From Lama glama (Eukaryota), in the NCBI GenBank assembly GCA_028534125.1, contig CM052844.1, positions 434,001 through 498,000 of the forward strand: a stretch of DNA of 64,000 bases. The letters run 5' to 3'. A program made the translations under genes and the position numbers. The notes under the pieces were generated by a model. That model did not search any database and had not been told where the DNA came from. It saw only the letters and a list, made by a program, of their open reading frames with translations. The first letter of the stretch is position 1. Each line of letters starts with the position of its first letter. Shown here one piece after another: positions 36,801 to 48,800 of this stretch.

Positions 36801-39800
36801 ATAAAGCAGTGAGACCCCAGGGCCACCTCCAGGCATGTGTCCGGCCCCTGTGACGCACCCCGGCGGCTGTCACTGGGGCCTCCTGGCCTTGGAGCCCTGC
36901 AGTGACCACGCACGCGTCACTAGACCTCACGGCTCCCCGCTCTTTGATTGTGCGTCCAGGAACTTCCACATGCCTCAGCATCCCCGTCTGTAAGATGGGA
37001 CTTATGCCCGCACTCCGTCTCCCACAGCCGTGGGCTCGCTGGCCCGGTGCCCGGTCCCTGCGTCCAGACGGCCCTAATGAGCTTCGGGCTCAGTGTGGCT
37101 GCCCTGCGGGTGGCCACACTCACCTGCGGGAGGTGACTCTCAAGAGAAAAGCAGGCATTTCCAGAGGCCCCGAGGACCCTCCGAGGCACTGGGAGGTCGG
37201 AGCATAATTAATGCAGCGCTCTGGGCTCCAGGGGTGTGGGCACCAAGCTCCAGACGGCTCCTCTCCAAAAAACCTCCCTCACGTGAGGGGCAAGCGGGGC
37301 GGCGGGGTGCCCAGAGCACAGACGGACTCAGACGGGAAATCTCAGGGAAAAACAACACTGAAGTCGCTTTCTTCACTGAAACTCAGCTACTGCTGCATGT
37401 CAAACCCCAGCTTCCAGAAGGTGTTTCAGAACCATTCATTGAAGAAACAAACCCATCATGACGTGAACAGGTTTTTGCTCAAGAACCAAGAAACAATTGG
37501 CAAATAAGGCCCACTAACCTGCACAGAAGGTCTAGTGTTAAGCGTGGACGATCACCGGCCCCCCACCACAATGACGTGTGTGAGCCCCGGCGGGACCGTT
37601 ACCTGGCCTCAGCCGGCCCAGGTGTGTGGCAGGTGTGCGGGGCCCCAGACGAGCTCGGAACACACCTGCCCCAGAGGAAGACGTCTGAGCAGAAATCAGC
37701 TCTGTTTTGTCTGTGGTCACTGGCGCGTGTCGCCGCTGGACGCTTCCTCCCGGCCGAGGCTCAGCAGTCTGGGAACTCTCCAGGTCGGAGACCCAGGAAG
37801 GCCCGGGCTGGTGCCTGAGCCTCCTGCGTGCAGCCCCGCCCCCACATGCCCTGGGGTGGACAGAGGGGCCTGCGCAGGACCAGGCCGGGCGTGACCCGTC
37901 TCGGGGCTGCCACTCTCTGGCATTTGGATTATCCCACACAACCAGCCAGCATTTCAGATCTCAGTGGCTCGACGTGAAAATCTGCGTGCAAAGCCACCAA
38001 GATGCAAATTATTTTATCGGCTCCAGGAACACAAAAGGATCTGAGTTTCTCTTTCTCTTCTTCGTGGCCAATAATTACAGACATCCACAGAATAACATCA
38101 AAAAGAGAAACAGGGGCCCACGTCCTCCGCACCTCGGGGCAGGAGCCTCCTGCCCGCCGCTCCCTCCACTTCAAACCCACATCTTAGCTGAAGCTGGGAC
38201 TCGAAGCACCTTTCACAGCGTCAACTGCGACTCTGGGAACCAGGGGGAGGCTGCTCCGTGAGCTGCAGGGGGTCTGAGTCTCTAAGACCACGTGCTCCTG
38301 CGGCGAGGGGCCCACCAGCAGAAACGCAGAGCCCCAGCTGCCCTGGGGACGGAATCCACCTGCAAGAGCCTCTGGGAGAGGCTGCGGTCAAGGTCAGACC
38401 TCTGTCTGCTGGGTTCCCACCTCCCCTGGCGGCATGTCAGCACCTGGCCCAGGACACGTATGTCGTAGGAAGGTTTCAGGCTCCCCTGGCGCCCCCCAAC
38501 GGCCCGCCCCCCAATTTGAGGGAAGTCTGTTCGGGGCTCCTGGGAGCAAAGGCCCACGAGGGGCAGCTCCGGGGCAGCTGGTCACGGGCGAGAGTCCAGC
38601 TCTACCCACTGTGAACAGGGCCTGAGCGGGTGGCCCGGAGGCTGAGCACAGGCCCTGCTAGTGCTCGGGTGGAGCAGAGACCTGCTGCGATTCCACAGGC
38701 TCCCCGCTAGCTGGCTTCTCTTTTAAAGCTCAGTCTCAGAGAGCTTCCTTTTGTGATGTCAAACAGAAAAGCAACCCACGAGTGACACGCCCAGTGCCGG
38801 GGTGGGGGGGGTTGCTGGGGGCTGGGGGCCGGCGGGGCAGGCGGGGGCCGGGGGCTGGCCTGGCTGAAGCCCAGCGCAGGCGGCCCAGGGTCGGGGCCGC
38901 AGGGGAGGAGTGACGCGCTAGGGGTGGTCACCAGCCTCCAGCTTTACCCAATCTGACTCCAAACGGGGATAAACCCTGAAACGGGCGGACGCAGTGCAGC
39001 TGGGGTCAGCGACGGCTCCGTCAGGCTTCTGGAGCCAACGCTTACGTGCGGCCTAAGAGTCGAGAACGTCACTCAGATCATCAGCCGCAGCCAAGACCTG
39101 GAAGAAGCGGTTTGGACGTGCAGGCCTCGGGTCCCTGAACCAAGCGGACCTGGCGCCCCCGTCCCTGCGCCGCCCTCGCCCCCGGGAGGCTACTGCTTCC
39201 CGCGTCTTCCCTCAAAAGGGCGCGCGCCACGGCGGGCAGTTAGTCCGGCCGCGCGCTGTTGGGTCACAAGCCTCTTCTGGAGACGCTCTGCCTTCCAAAC
39301 CCAGCTCCCTCTCAGTCCACACCCTCATGGACTTCGCCTCTTTAGAGACGATTCAGAGATTACGCTGGACCCAGATCGCCAACGATGCTGAAACCTCGAA
39401 AGCTGACACTGCCCGCGAGCCAGTTCACGGGACGGACCGCGAGCGCCCCGACAGGCGCTCTAGTGCGTTCAGCTCCACAGACGCTTAAGCTTTAGCTCCT
39501 CTGGGTCGGCGCGAAGTCCTCCAAAAGCCACCATCTGAGAACCACCACCCGGAAACAACCCCGCCGGCGAGGGTTCTCCTGTCCCCGGCCTTGCTGGCAG
39601 GGCCCCTCCACTCTCACCGCCTCCGGCCACCCCCACCGTGCGGACGAGGGGACCGTGGGCGCTGCCTGTGACTGTCGCCGGCAGAATTAGTCATTCTCAC
39701 CCGCAGCCTGGAGCACAGTGGGAAGAGGACCCTCTCCGTTCTGAAGAGGCTGTGGCCGGACTCCGACGCAGAACCCAAAACCCTCATCTGGGGGCTCTAG

Positions 39801-42800
39801 CGTCTCCTGAGCTCAAGGGCAGGAACACCGTTCTTAAGCCCCAAAATAAGTCTAAACTCTGAAACGATTCGCTCCTGTGCAACACCGCTGCTGCTTTCAC
39901 AAGCACAGCTTCTGTGGCAAGAACTCAGCATCGTTCTGTGACGCCTGGGGGTCTGTCGGACCGCTCTGCACCGAGGGGCGTGCCACACACGCTATCCAGG
40001 CAGAAAGGCCCCCAAGGGGAAACGGTCCCACAACACCGAGACCCCTGGGGAGGGGCCAGCACCGCACACGTCTCACGAGAAAGTTCCTCCCCCTCAGGAC
40101 AGAGCTAGCAGCGTGCGCGGCGGGGCCGCACCCAGGCAAGGGGACTGGACTCGCCCCGATGAATTCTCCACCCCAGATGCCAGAGGCCGTCCCACACTCG
40201 CACCTCAGCTGTGTGGCCCGAGCGCCCGCTGGCGTCCCCTGGGCTGGCCCCCCGTCTCGGGCACGCGCAGCAGCCGCCGTGGGAAGAAGTCGGTCACCGG
40301 CCCCAATGGGTCAAGCAGCCGACCCCGCTCTCCCCCCGAGCACCTGGACGGGGTCACATGGAAACGTACCGCCGCTGGGGACCAGGAGACGTGTTCTGGC
40401 GTGGAACCAAAACAGTGGGAAAAGCTGACTTCAACCCCCAGGGGGAAGGGTGGTGCGTCCACGGGGTCTGTTTGCCTGAACTCACGGGAGTGCTGCGGGC
40501 AGCACCCCTCACTCAGGGCTCGCAGCCAAGGCAGGAAGAGGCAGAGTCTCGGCCCCAAGGCCATCGCCCAGACCCCGGGGTAAAGATGCCTGGTGCGCAG
40601 AGGACACCTCGCCAGAAACACCCGCGTTCCCGCAGGCTCCCGGCAGCCAGGGGCCTGGAAGAAGGAGGCACCAGGGTCCCACCCACCCCAGCACCAGGTG
40701 TCACAAGCTGAGCTGGCCCCGCCAAAGGTCCCCGGTCGGAGCCCCCAGCCGGGACCTCAGAAGGCGACCGTGCTTGGATTCAGGGTCTTCACAGGAGCCA
40801 CCAAATTAAGGCGTGGCCACGGGCTGGCACCCCTGTAACCACACAGAAAGGCAGTGTGGCTCCACGAGACGCGTGGGGACTGAGCGTCCGCATGTTTGTC
40901 GTGGCAGCCCCTGCAGACGCCAGGGTCCACCTGAACTTCCGCCCCCTCGTCCCAAACCCGCAGGCCAGAGTCGTCGCCGCGTCTGCAGTCACTACCTCAC
41001 TCTCTCTGACGTAGGTTCACCCAAGTCTCCTCATCAGCCACGGGGACCTTCGTGGTCACGAAAATGCAGAAGGTTACGAACTGCGTGTGAGTCTGTGCTT
41101 GAGGTCACCTTTCAAATATTCTTTTTTATTTAAATAAAAATTGTGAAGAAGTACAGCTTGCAGAAACAGCTCCCACACGTTTTAAATGCCTCTAAGTGGG
41201 TTTTTTAATTCCCACATTGATGAATGAAATCCAGGTTCATAGATAGGTTTGTTTTGAGAGTAACTTTGAATACACCAGCTTCTTAAGCAACAGAAATGAG
41301 GACGCACCCTGATGCCAGCCAGGGAGGAGTCAGCGGTAAGTCCTGCTTTCTCCCTGCCCCTTGACGCCTACACACGCGGCAGAAAGCGAGTGTTCAGCAG
41401 CTGATTAACCGTCAGTTCTCATGCTCTTTCTTTGCCACAAATCTCTAGAACGGCTTAGCTAAGCTCATTTGGGGCCGAGAATTAAATCGGCCACCTGTGG
41501 CTCTGAGTCCACCGTGTGCAGGTTAGCCGTGGGGACAGAGGGTCTGGGCGGGAGGGAGCGAGCTCTGCGGTAAGTGGCTTACTGACGTGCTCTCCTCGCT
41601 CCCGGCACGACCGCCGGACACCAGCGGGGCCTGCTCCCCGCCTCGCCCCCAGAATGCCCCCTAACAAAGAGGAGCAGGAAAACAGAGCGCTAAGCCTCAA
41701 ATACCCAAAACCACAGGCAGAAGCACAGGTGCCCGGCACACGCCTCCTCCCGGGGGCGGCCCGGCCCGCGAAAGAGGCCTCGGAGGGCGGCGTGCAGGCT
41801 ATGCCCGACAGAAGCCCTGCAGCAGAAAGCGCTCTGCAGGGGGCATTAGCGGCCACCTGTTGGGAAAGCTGTTTAGTTAAAAATAAAAACCCCAGGCTGA
41901 GTAAGTGGACCCAGCGGAGCACCAGCAGCCACGACGCCGTTAGAAGAAAACCCAACAGCCCCAGATGAGGGTTCGGAGGTGCCGAGCTCACAGCCAGGCG
42001 GCGGGCGTCTCCGGGGGGTGGGGGGGGAGGCCGTGTTGTTCCAAACGCGGCAGGGCTGGCGGCTCTGGGGAGTCGCTGAGCCGAGGCCCCATCTGTGCCG
42101 ACGAGGACGAGGACGGCAATTAGGCGGAGAGGGGTGGGGGGGGGGCAGAACCACAGACACGCGCCAGGCTCCACCGAAAACAGAAACCTCGCACGTGTCT
42201 GAAAACCCGTTATGGGCAGACTCCTGTCCCCGAAGCCCTGATCCCAGCACCTCCGAACAGGGCCTCACATGGAGACGGCCTTCAGAAAGCAGAGAATCGG
42301 TGAAGGAGAGGTCTTCAGGGGGGCCCGCCCCGACACGCCTGGGTGCCTCCAGAAAGGAGGTCAGACTCAGACACCAGACACGGCAGGAGGAAGCCACGGG
42401 CGCCAAGGCGGACAGCAAACCCCGGGCGGAAGCAGAGAGCACCCCCCAAGGAGGAACCGGCCCTGCCGGCCTCCAGGCCCTGACAGCCGGCTCTGCGGCG
42501 CGGCCCGGCTCACCTGGCGTAGGAGGTGGGCGAGCGTGGCCGGGCCCACGGGTACGGGTGCTGCGGCACCGACAGGTACTGGTCGCAGAAGGCGCCCTTG
42601 CGGATGTGCTGGAAGGACGAGAACTCCTCAGGCGGGAAGTCGGACGTGGGTGGCGTGGTGCCCAGGTCCTCGCCGGCCGGCTCCACCTTGAGCGCCACCG
42701 AAGGAGAGTGGTCCAGGGCGGTCTTGCGGGCCTTGACTGGGACGCCGTCGCCCAGGTCCAGGCTGCCGTCGGTGCTCAGGGCGTTGATGGCGGCCACGAT

Positions 42801-45800
42801 GGCTGAGCTCGTGTACTGCGTGGTGTTGCCCAGCCACGTGTCGTCAGTGACGCTGACCCGCGGCGAGCTGTGCGGCGACGGCGTGGGCGAGTGGTGGGGG
42901 GAGCAGGACAGCTGCCGGCCGTTGAGGCCGTGCTTCCTCTTGTTGCAGGGGGACGGGGGCCTGGACGTGCGGGTGCCCAGCCAGCTCTCCTCAGTGATGC
43001 TGGTGCGGGGCGAGGTGGAGGGCGAGTGCCGTGGGGACCCGAGCAGGCTGCAGGCCCCCAGGCCGCGGGGAAAGCCCTCCTCGGGGTCTGTGGTCTTGGG
43101 GGACACGCAGGGGGACTGCCAGGGGGACGTCTGCGGGGACGCGTACGGGTAGGAGAAGCTGGACTCGTAGGACGAGGCCTCGGAGTTGCAGCTGCGGGAG
43201 GACAGGCTGCTGGCCGGGCTCAGGCACGAGGGGTCCCGGTAGGCCTCCAGGCTGGGCAGGTTCAGGGTGGCCGTGGACGGGGGCCGCTTGGAGCTGGGCA
43301 GGACGTCCTCCACCTCCACGTCATGGAAAAACTGGCTGCCGCTGTGGTGCAGCCCCAGGTACGAGGTGATCTCAATGCGGGGGCTCTCCAGAGCCGGCGC
43401 CCCGTTGGGCCTGACGTTGCCCGAAGCGAGAAAGTAGCCTGAGGGCCCGCCGTCCACAGCTCCACCGTACCCCGCGGGGTGACTCGCGGACGCAGCGGCT
43501 GAGACGCCCGGGGCCGAGGTCTGCAGGTCGTGGCATGGGGCTGGCAGCGAGGGGTGGGCCACAGTGAGGGGCAGGCCAGGCGCGATGTTGGAGGAGACAT
43601 AGCTGTAATGCTCTGGAAGGAAAAGGGAGGGATGAGCAGCTGGTCCCCAGACACAAACCACAGGCTTAGGAACCCAGGATCGGGGACCTGCCCCACCCCG
43701 CTACCCGTGGGCAGGGGCCCTGCGGGGTCGCTCAGCTCCTGCTGCCCCAACGGGAGGCAGCTCGAGCCCCTCCCCGGGCCCTCCCCACTCTCCACACCAG
43801 GGCTTCCCTCTGCCCCCGCGTCCCCCCGCCCAAGGCCACACCACTGGTCGGCCCCTTACTTTCTTCTGCTCTTTACTCAAAACCTGCCCCCCAGCCACCC
43901 TCTCAAAATCCCAGTCCCCACCCAACACTTACATCCCCCCTCACTGGATTTTCCCTCCTGAACGCCTGTCTCCTCGTCCACCACGTCTTTCGCCCGCAGA
44001 AACCAAGCTCTGGGCCGGCAGAGACCTTTGCTGGGTGAGCCTAGTGTGGCTCGCGGGACCTCAACACGGAGTCTGTGCCCCGTTTGTTCAGTGAGCAGAC
44101 AGGGTGGGGGCCGGAGGAGGGTTTGGTGGGTGGACTGGCGGAGGGCTGGCCGGGTGGCTGGCTTTTAGACGCTGGGACGCGCACATCTAAAGGCATTTTA
44201 ACAGACTAGTCACATGCAGGTGCCCCAGTCACCAGCTACAAAGAAAGCACCTTTGGATGAAAACACAGAAACCGGGGTCTCTCACAGAAACGCCGATGGT
44301 AACTCACGGCCTAAGAGTTCTTCTTAAAAAAACCCAGCTGGCAACATCGACGTGCAGTCACGTTTAAAGTCATTACGCATTAATTACAACCTCCAAACAC
44401 TTCCAAAAATCACTACTAGTGTAATTAGTAGTTTTGAACAGGAAAGCCACACTCTGGGCCTCCGATTTGAACTGACTTTTTGTAACATCTCGGCCCCTCA
44501 TCTTCGTGCACCAAGAGGTGAGTCTCCCCAGGCCTCTGAATAATGGAAGCGCCCCCTGGAAACCGTACAGCCCGCTCCTGGGTTAAGTCTGCCGCTGGGA
44601 GATACTGTGGTCGAGGGCAGGGCTGCCCCCCTGCTGTGCTGGCTGGGAAAACCCCAGAAAATCAGGGGCCTCAAATGCAGGCTCCGCCCACCGTATTCAC
44701 TAACAGAAGTGGGTCCAGCAGCCCCAGTGAGGGGAGCCCGTTTCCACCACCGCTTCCTTCCAGAAGCAGGGGTTCGACTACCTTCTCTGGCAATCCAGTC
44801 TTTTATAGTCCTTGCTACCAAGAAGTTCTGCCTTTGACACGCTAAACCCCCTTCCCAGGAAAGCACTGCTCGCCACTCCCCTGGGCACATCCTGGAGGGA
44901 GAGCCAGGCCCTGCCTTCACCCCGGGGTGTCAGGCGCGCTGCCTTTTGGAGAGAAAGCTCCAGACTTCCAGATGCTCAAAATCGGTGCCGGATTCTAAAC
45001 AGCCCTGGGGAGAGACTGAGCTGAGCCAAGAAAACAAACTGCAGCTGAGGGAATCAGAGGCCCCAGGCAGGAGGAGGGAGCTGGGACAGGGGGGCTCCGG
45101 GGGTCCAAGGACACACCTGCCCACAAAACTGCTGCCCCCAAGCCTCGCTCCCCAGCCCCATCTGCGCCCTTGCACCGCCCCACCCCCACCCCCACCCCAG
45201 GGGAGAGGACAGTCTCCTCTTCCACAGGCCAGACCCCAACGCCGGGCACAGCCCCCTCTGTCCGCTGCGCCCCCCAGTCACACCAACACCCTCAGAGGCT
45301 TACTGACTTTCACCAAAAACACCACAATCGAGGGTTAAAAACGAAATTGCAATCTTTGTGAAAATCAAATGAGAAGTGAATAACCTTGGAACAGGACTTC
45401 CCAGAGGACACGGTCAAGGGTCCCCAGGAGAGGGGGCCTGGGGCTGTAGGCTGGGCTGCGGCCCTGGGAGAGACGCCCCCCTGCGGTGACCTCCTGGGAC
45501 AGGTGCGGACACCCTGCCTCCAGGCCCCCGCCCGCCTGGGCGTGGGGTGCTGGGCGGGTGCAGAGGCCCTTGTCCACAAACACCCAGGCCTGGCCACAGA
45601 GGAGGCTGCCTGCGCTGTCCAGAGGGACCCGGGCAGCAGGCGGGCCGGGGCCTGTGAGGTGTCAGCCCTACAGGGGCCTCGGGGCCTCAGGAAGGTCGGC
45701 CCCACAGGGCTGCAGTGGCGCCCTCAGTTACTGTGGGACTAAGCACTGCTCTTCCCGAAGGGGTCCACGGACGGCTCTGCAGACAGACATCTCCTCTGGC

Positions 45801-48800
45801 CACAGGCGGCAGCACATCACAGGCACCTTACAGCACGTGTCCCGGCTCTCACATCCAGAGGGCCTCTCCTCGCAACCAGCCCGGCCCTGTCCAGACCGTT
45901 CTAACCAGAACAGCTAGTTAAAAAAACAGAAAACAGAACCAGCGTCCCCAGGCCGTGCAGGTGAAAACAGTCCCTGTGTGGCTTCGGGTAGGAAGGCAGG
46001 TGTCACCAGTCCAGCAGGAGCGAGAGTGGGCGGCGTGCCCCACTGCTGCACCACGACTGTGACGGTGAGCGCGATCAACAGGCAACGTGTTAACAAACTG
46101 ATCTGTGTCCGTTCAGGGCACGAATTGCAGTCATGACACGTAGACAAACAGCTTTACTATGTCAGACGTGTTCCAAATTAAAGAGGTGTCCCCTCCTCCC
46201 GGCACCGCGCCTCGACGTGACTGCAGGCGACGGTCTCCCGGCCCCGCATGTGCCAGATCGTCTGGAGCCCGTCTTTCTTTAGGCGGTTTCTACCCCTTTC
46301 TGGGGTCTCTGGCTCCACCTCGGTGAGTATGGGGTCTGCACCTGTCCCATCCCGGCTGCCAGTCTGCAGCCAGCACATGGACACCACTCTGCCAGTGCAG
46401 AGGCCACCTGCACCCCTGGTCACCACAGGGACCGGCAGCCTTCCCAGCCTGGACACGCACCTCCCGGCCACCGAAAGGAACTGGGTGGACGAAGGACCCC
46501 TTCTCACAGGCGCTCCCGGGACAACTGCTACATCCCATGAGCCCCGCTATCTTCCTGACACTCTGTCCTGAGGTGGCAGCATCAGGGATGCCCAGGAAGA
46601 GATCGCAGACCTGCCCCCTTGGGTACGTGGCCACGTGCTGGGTACCCTTTTCTCCATGTGACCATCCAGCGTTCAGTGAGGAAAGAATTTCACTTTAGAG
46701 ACAAGCCCTCGACTCTGGAAGGGCAGCCCTGGCACAGGCTGACAGAAGCGTACAAACTGTGCCCCACAAACCCAGACGTGGCGCTGGGACAGGCCCCCCA
46801 GCCTCTGCCCCCAGCACCCCGCGGCCGTGCGGACCTGCAAGGGGTCTAGTGGGCGGATCCCCACAACTCCTGCTCCAGCTGAAGAATTTCGTGCAAATCT
46901 ATGATCTACTGTTTTTTGGCAGGAAGGTAATTCTGAGAATTAAAACAAAGAAAATCCCAGCAAATGGTAGAGCGAGTCCTGGGGCCTCCCCACCGCCTGC
47001 CCACGGGGCTCAGCCACGTTCCGTGGCGCTGGCTGGACATTCGAGTTCCGAGTCGAGCAAGGGGTCTAGGAGCAGGCCTGCCCCTCCCCCAGCCCAGGGG
47101 GGGAGACTGCGGTGGGGGGGGGCCAGGCAGCTGACTCCCAGAACACCCTAAGAGGGGACTTTATGTAAACCAAAGACTGCCGATAATCATGATCCAACAA
47201 AGGAAAGAAAAAAAAAATAAAGCCTTTATTAACACACAAAAAAGACCCACCTAAGCGTGAGTTTTCCTTAATTAAATAAATTCCAAAGCGAAAGCCTCGA
47301 AGGCCTGAACTTCATTACGGACACTCAGCCAGCCTGATGACAACGCCCTCCCTCTGAGAACAAAGACCCACACAGGTAGTGGTCCCAGCTTGCCCGGGAC
47401 CAAGCCCCCGCAGCCCGGGTCCTGCCCTCCCGCCTGGGGGCCTCTCTCCCGCCTGCCCCCCAGCTTCCACTCTGTTTGGCTTTATTACCCACCTAAACCG
47501 TATTCAAATCTGAATTATTTAGCTATTCAAAGGGATGACATTTACATGGAATGAAAATATTTCCAGTAACTTTCTTAACAATCCTGAGACGTTCAGGCTG
47601 GTTCATGTCATGTCAGGAGCCACTGAAGAGCGCGGCTCCCATCACCGCCACCTTCTGCCGCTGCCTCGGAGCCTGGCTGTCTGCCAAGGAGGCTCATTAA
47701 CTCCCAGGGCGGGCGGCACAGAGAGCGGGAGGCTGAGCAAATGCTGGGGGGAGCGCATTCAAAACGGCTTAATAGAATGGAAATTCGGGAAGTGTGGCTC
47801 GTGTCTCGAGACACGAACTGCCTCCTGCCACCTCCAGTCCGAACACCCGTCCCCTCCCACAGGTACGCGGAGCAGGGTGCTCGGGGTGCAGAGCTGGACA
47901 CTGGCGTGGGGAGCGGGGTGCCCGGCAGCCGGCGAATTCAGCTCCCAGGCTGGCCCAGCGCCCACTGCAAACTCAGTCCTCAGCAGACCCGACAGAACTC
48001 TGAGAAACAGTCTTCAGAACCAGGCAATCGTATTATTTCTGAGCAACCACAGAAGTATACCCGTGTCCCTCCTAAGGCCCACTGCACCTCAGACAACTCC
48101 CCACCGACATCAGGGCCCCGTCGCAGCGCAGCCAGGCCAGTGCCGTGGCTGCTGCACTCTCTGCACAGGCGGGCGCCCCGTCCGACACCCGCTTTCCAGC
48201 GGGAGCCACCACGTCCCTGCCCGCTCCCTGCCGCCTTCCACAGATGCGGAGAGGTGGCTGCCACGGCAACTCGTGTGTTTCATTTTAAGGAACATCCCTG
48301 GTAGCATTTGCTGGGGTTGAAGTGCAGGACATGGAGCTAGAAATAGACCTGGGGCAATTGTGACGCCAGCCCGTCCTCCCAGCCCATCCTCCCAGGCCCG
48401 GCCAGACCTCCTCGCTGTGGGGCGGCGCCTGAAACGGCAGGATTATAATTTCACAGGTAGTGGAAACAAAACAAAACAAAACAAAACAAAACAAAACAAC
48501 ACCAAAGACGCTCCATGCCAGGCGTTTTCTGCTGGGAGCTGTTTACTGAGCAGGCGGGAGGCACTGCCTGAGGGCGGCTGGGGTGGGGCAGGCCCGTGGG
48601 TGACAGACAGACACAGCTTTGAGGGCACCGGTCACCCAGTCGCCTGCCAGGGAGAAGGTTTACAAAGGCAAACAGAATGGCTCGTCCGGGCGGCCAACAA
48701 GCAGGCCTGCCCTCACACACCTCCTTCCTCCCACAGGCCCCCGATGGCCGAATCTCATCGGCTAAGATCTTCCCCTTCTCACACCATTTTTAAGGAATTA

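Noticed and set aside
38931-39638. Longest gap in the ORF track; considered a foreign or shuffled insert
   Set aside because: Two plus-strand frames are open for more than 400 nt and simply lack early start codons, and TpA depletion looks native. Kept only as a CpG-dense segment.
41979-43442. Plus-strand ORFs of 190-275 aa opposite exon 3
   Set aside because: Largely antisense shadows of a GC3-rich coding exon and adjacent GC-rich intron.
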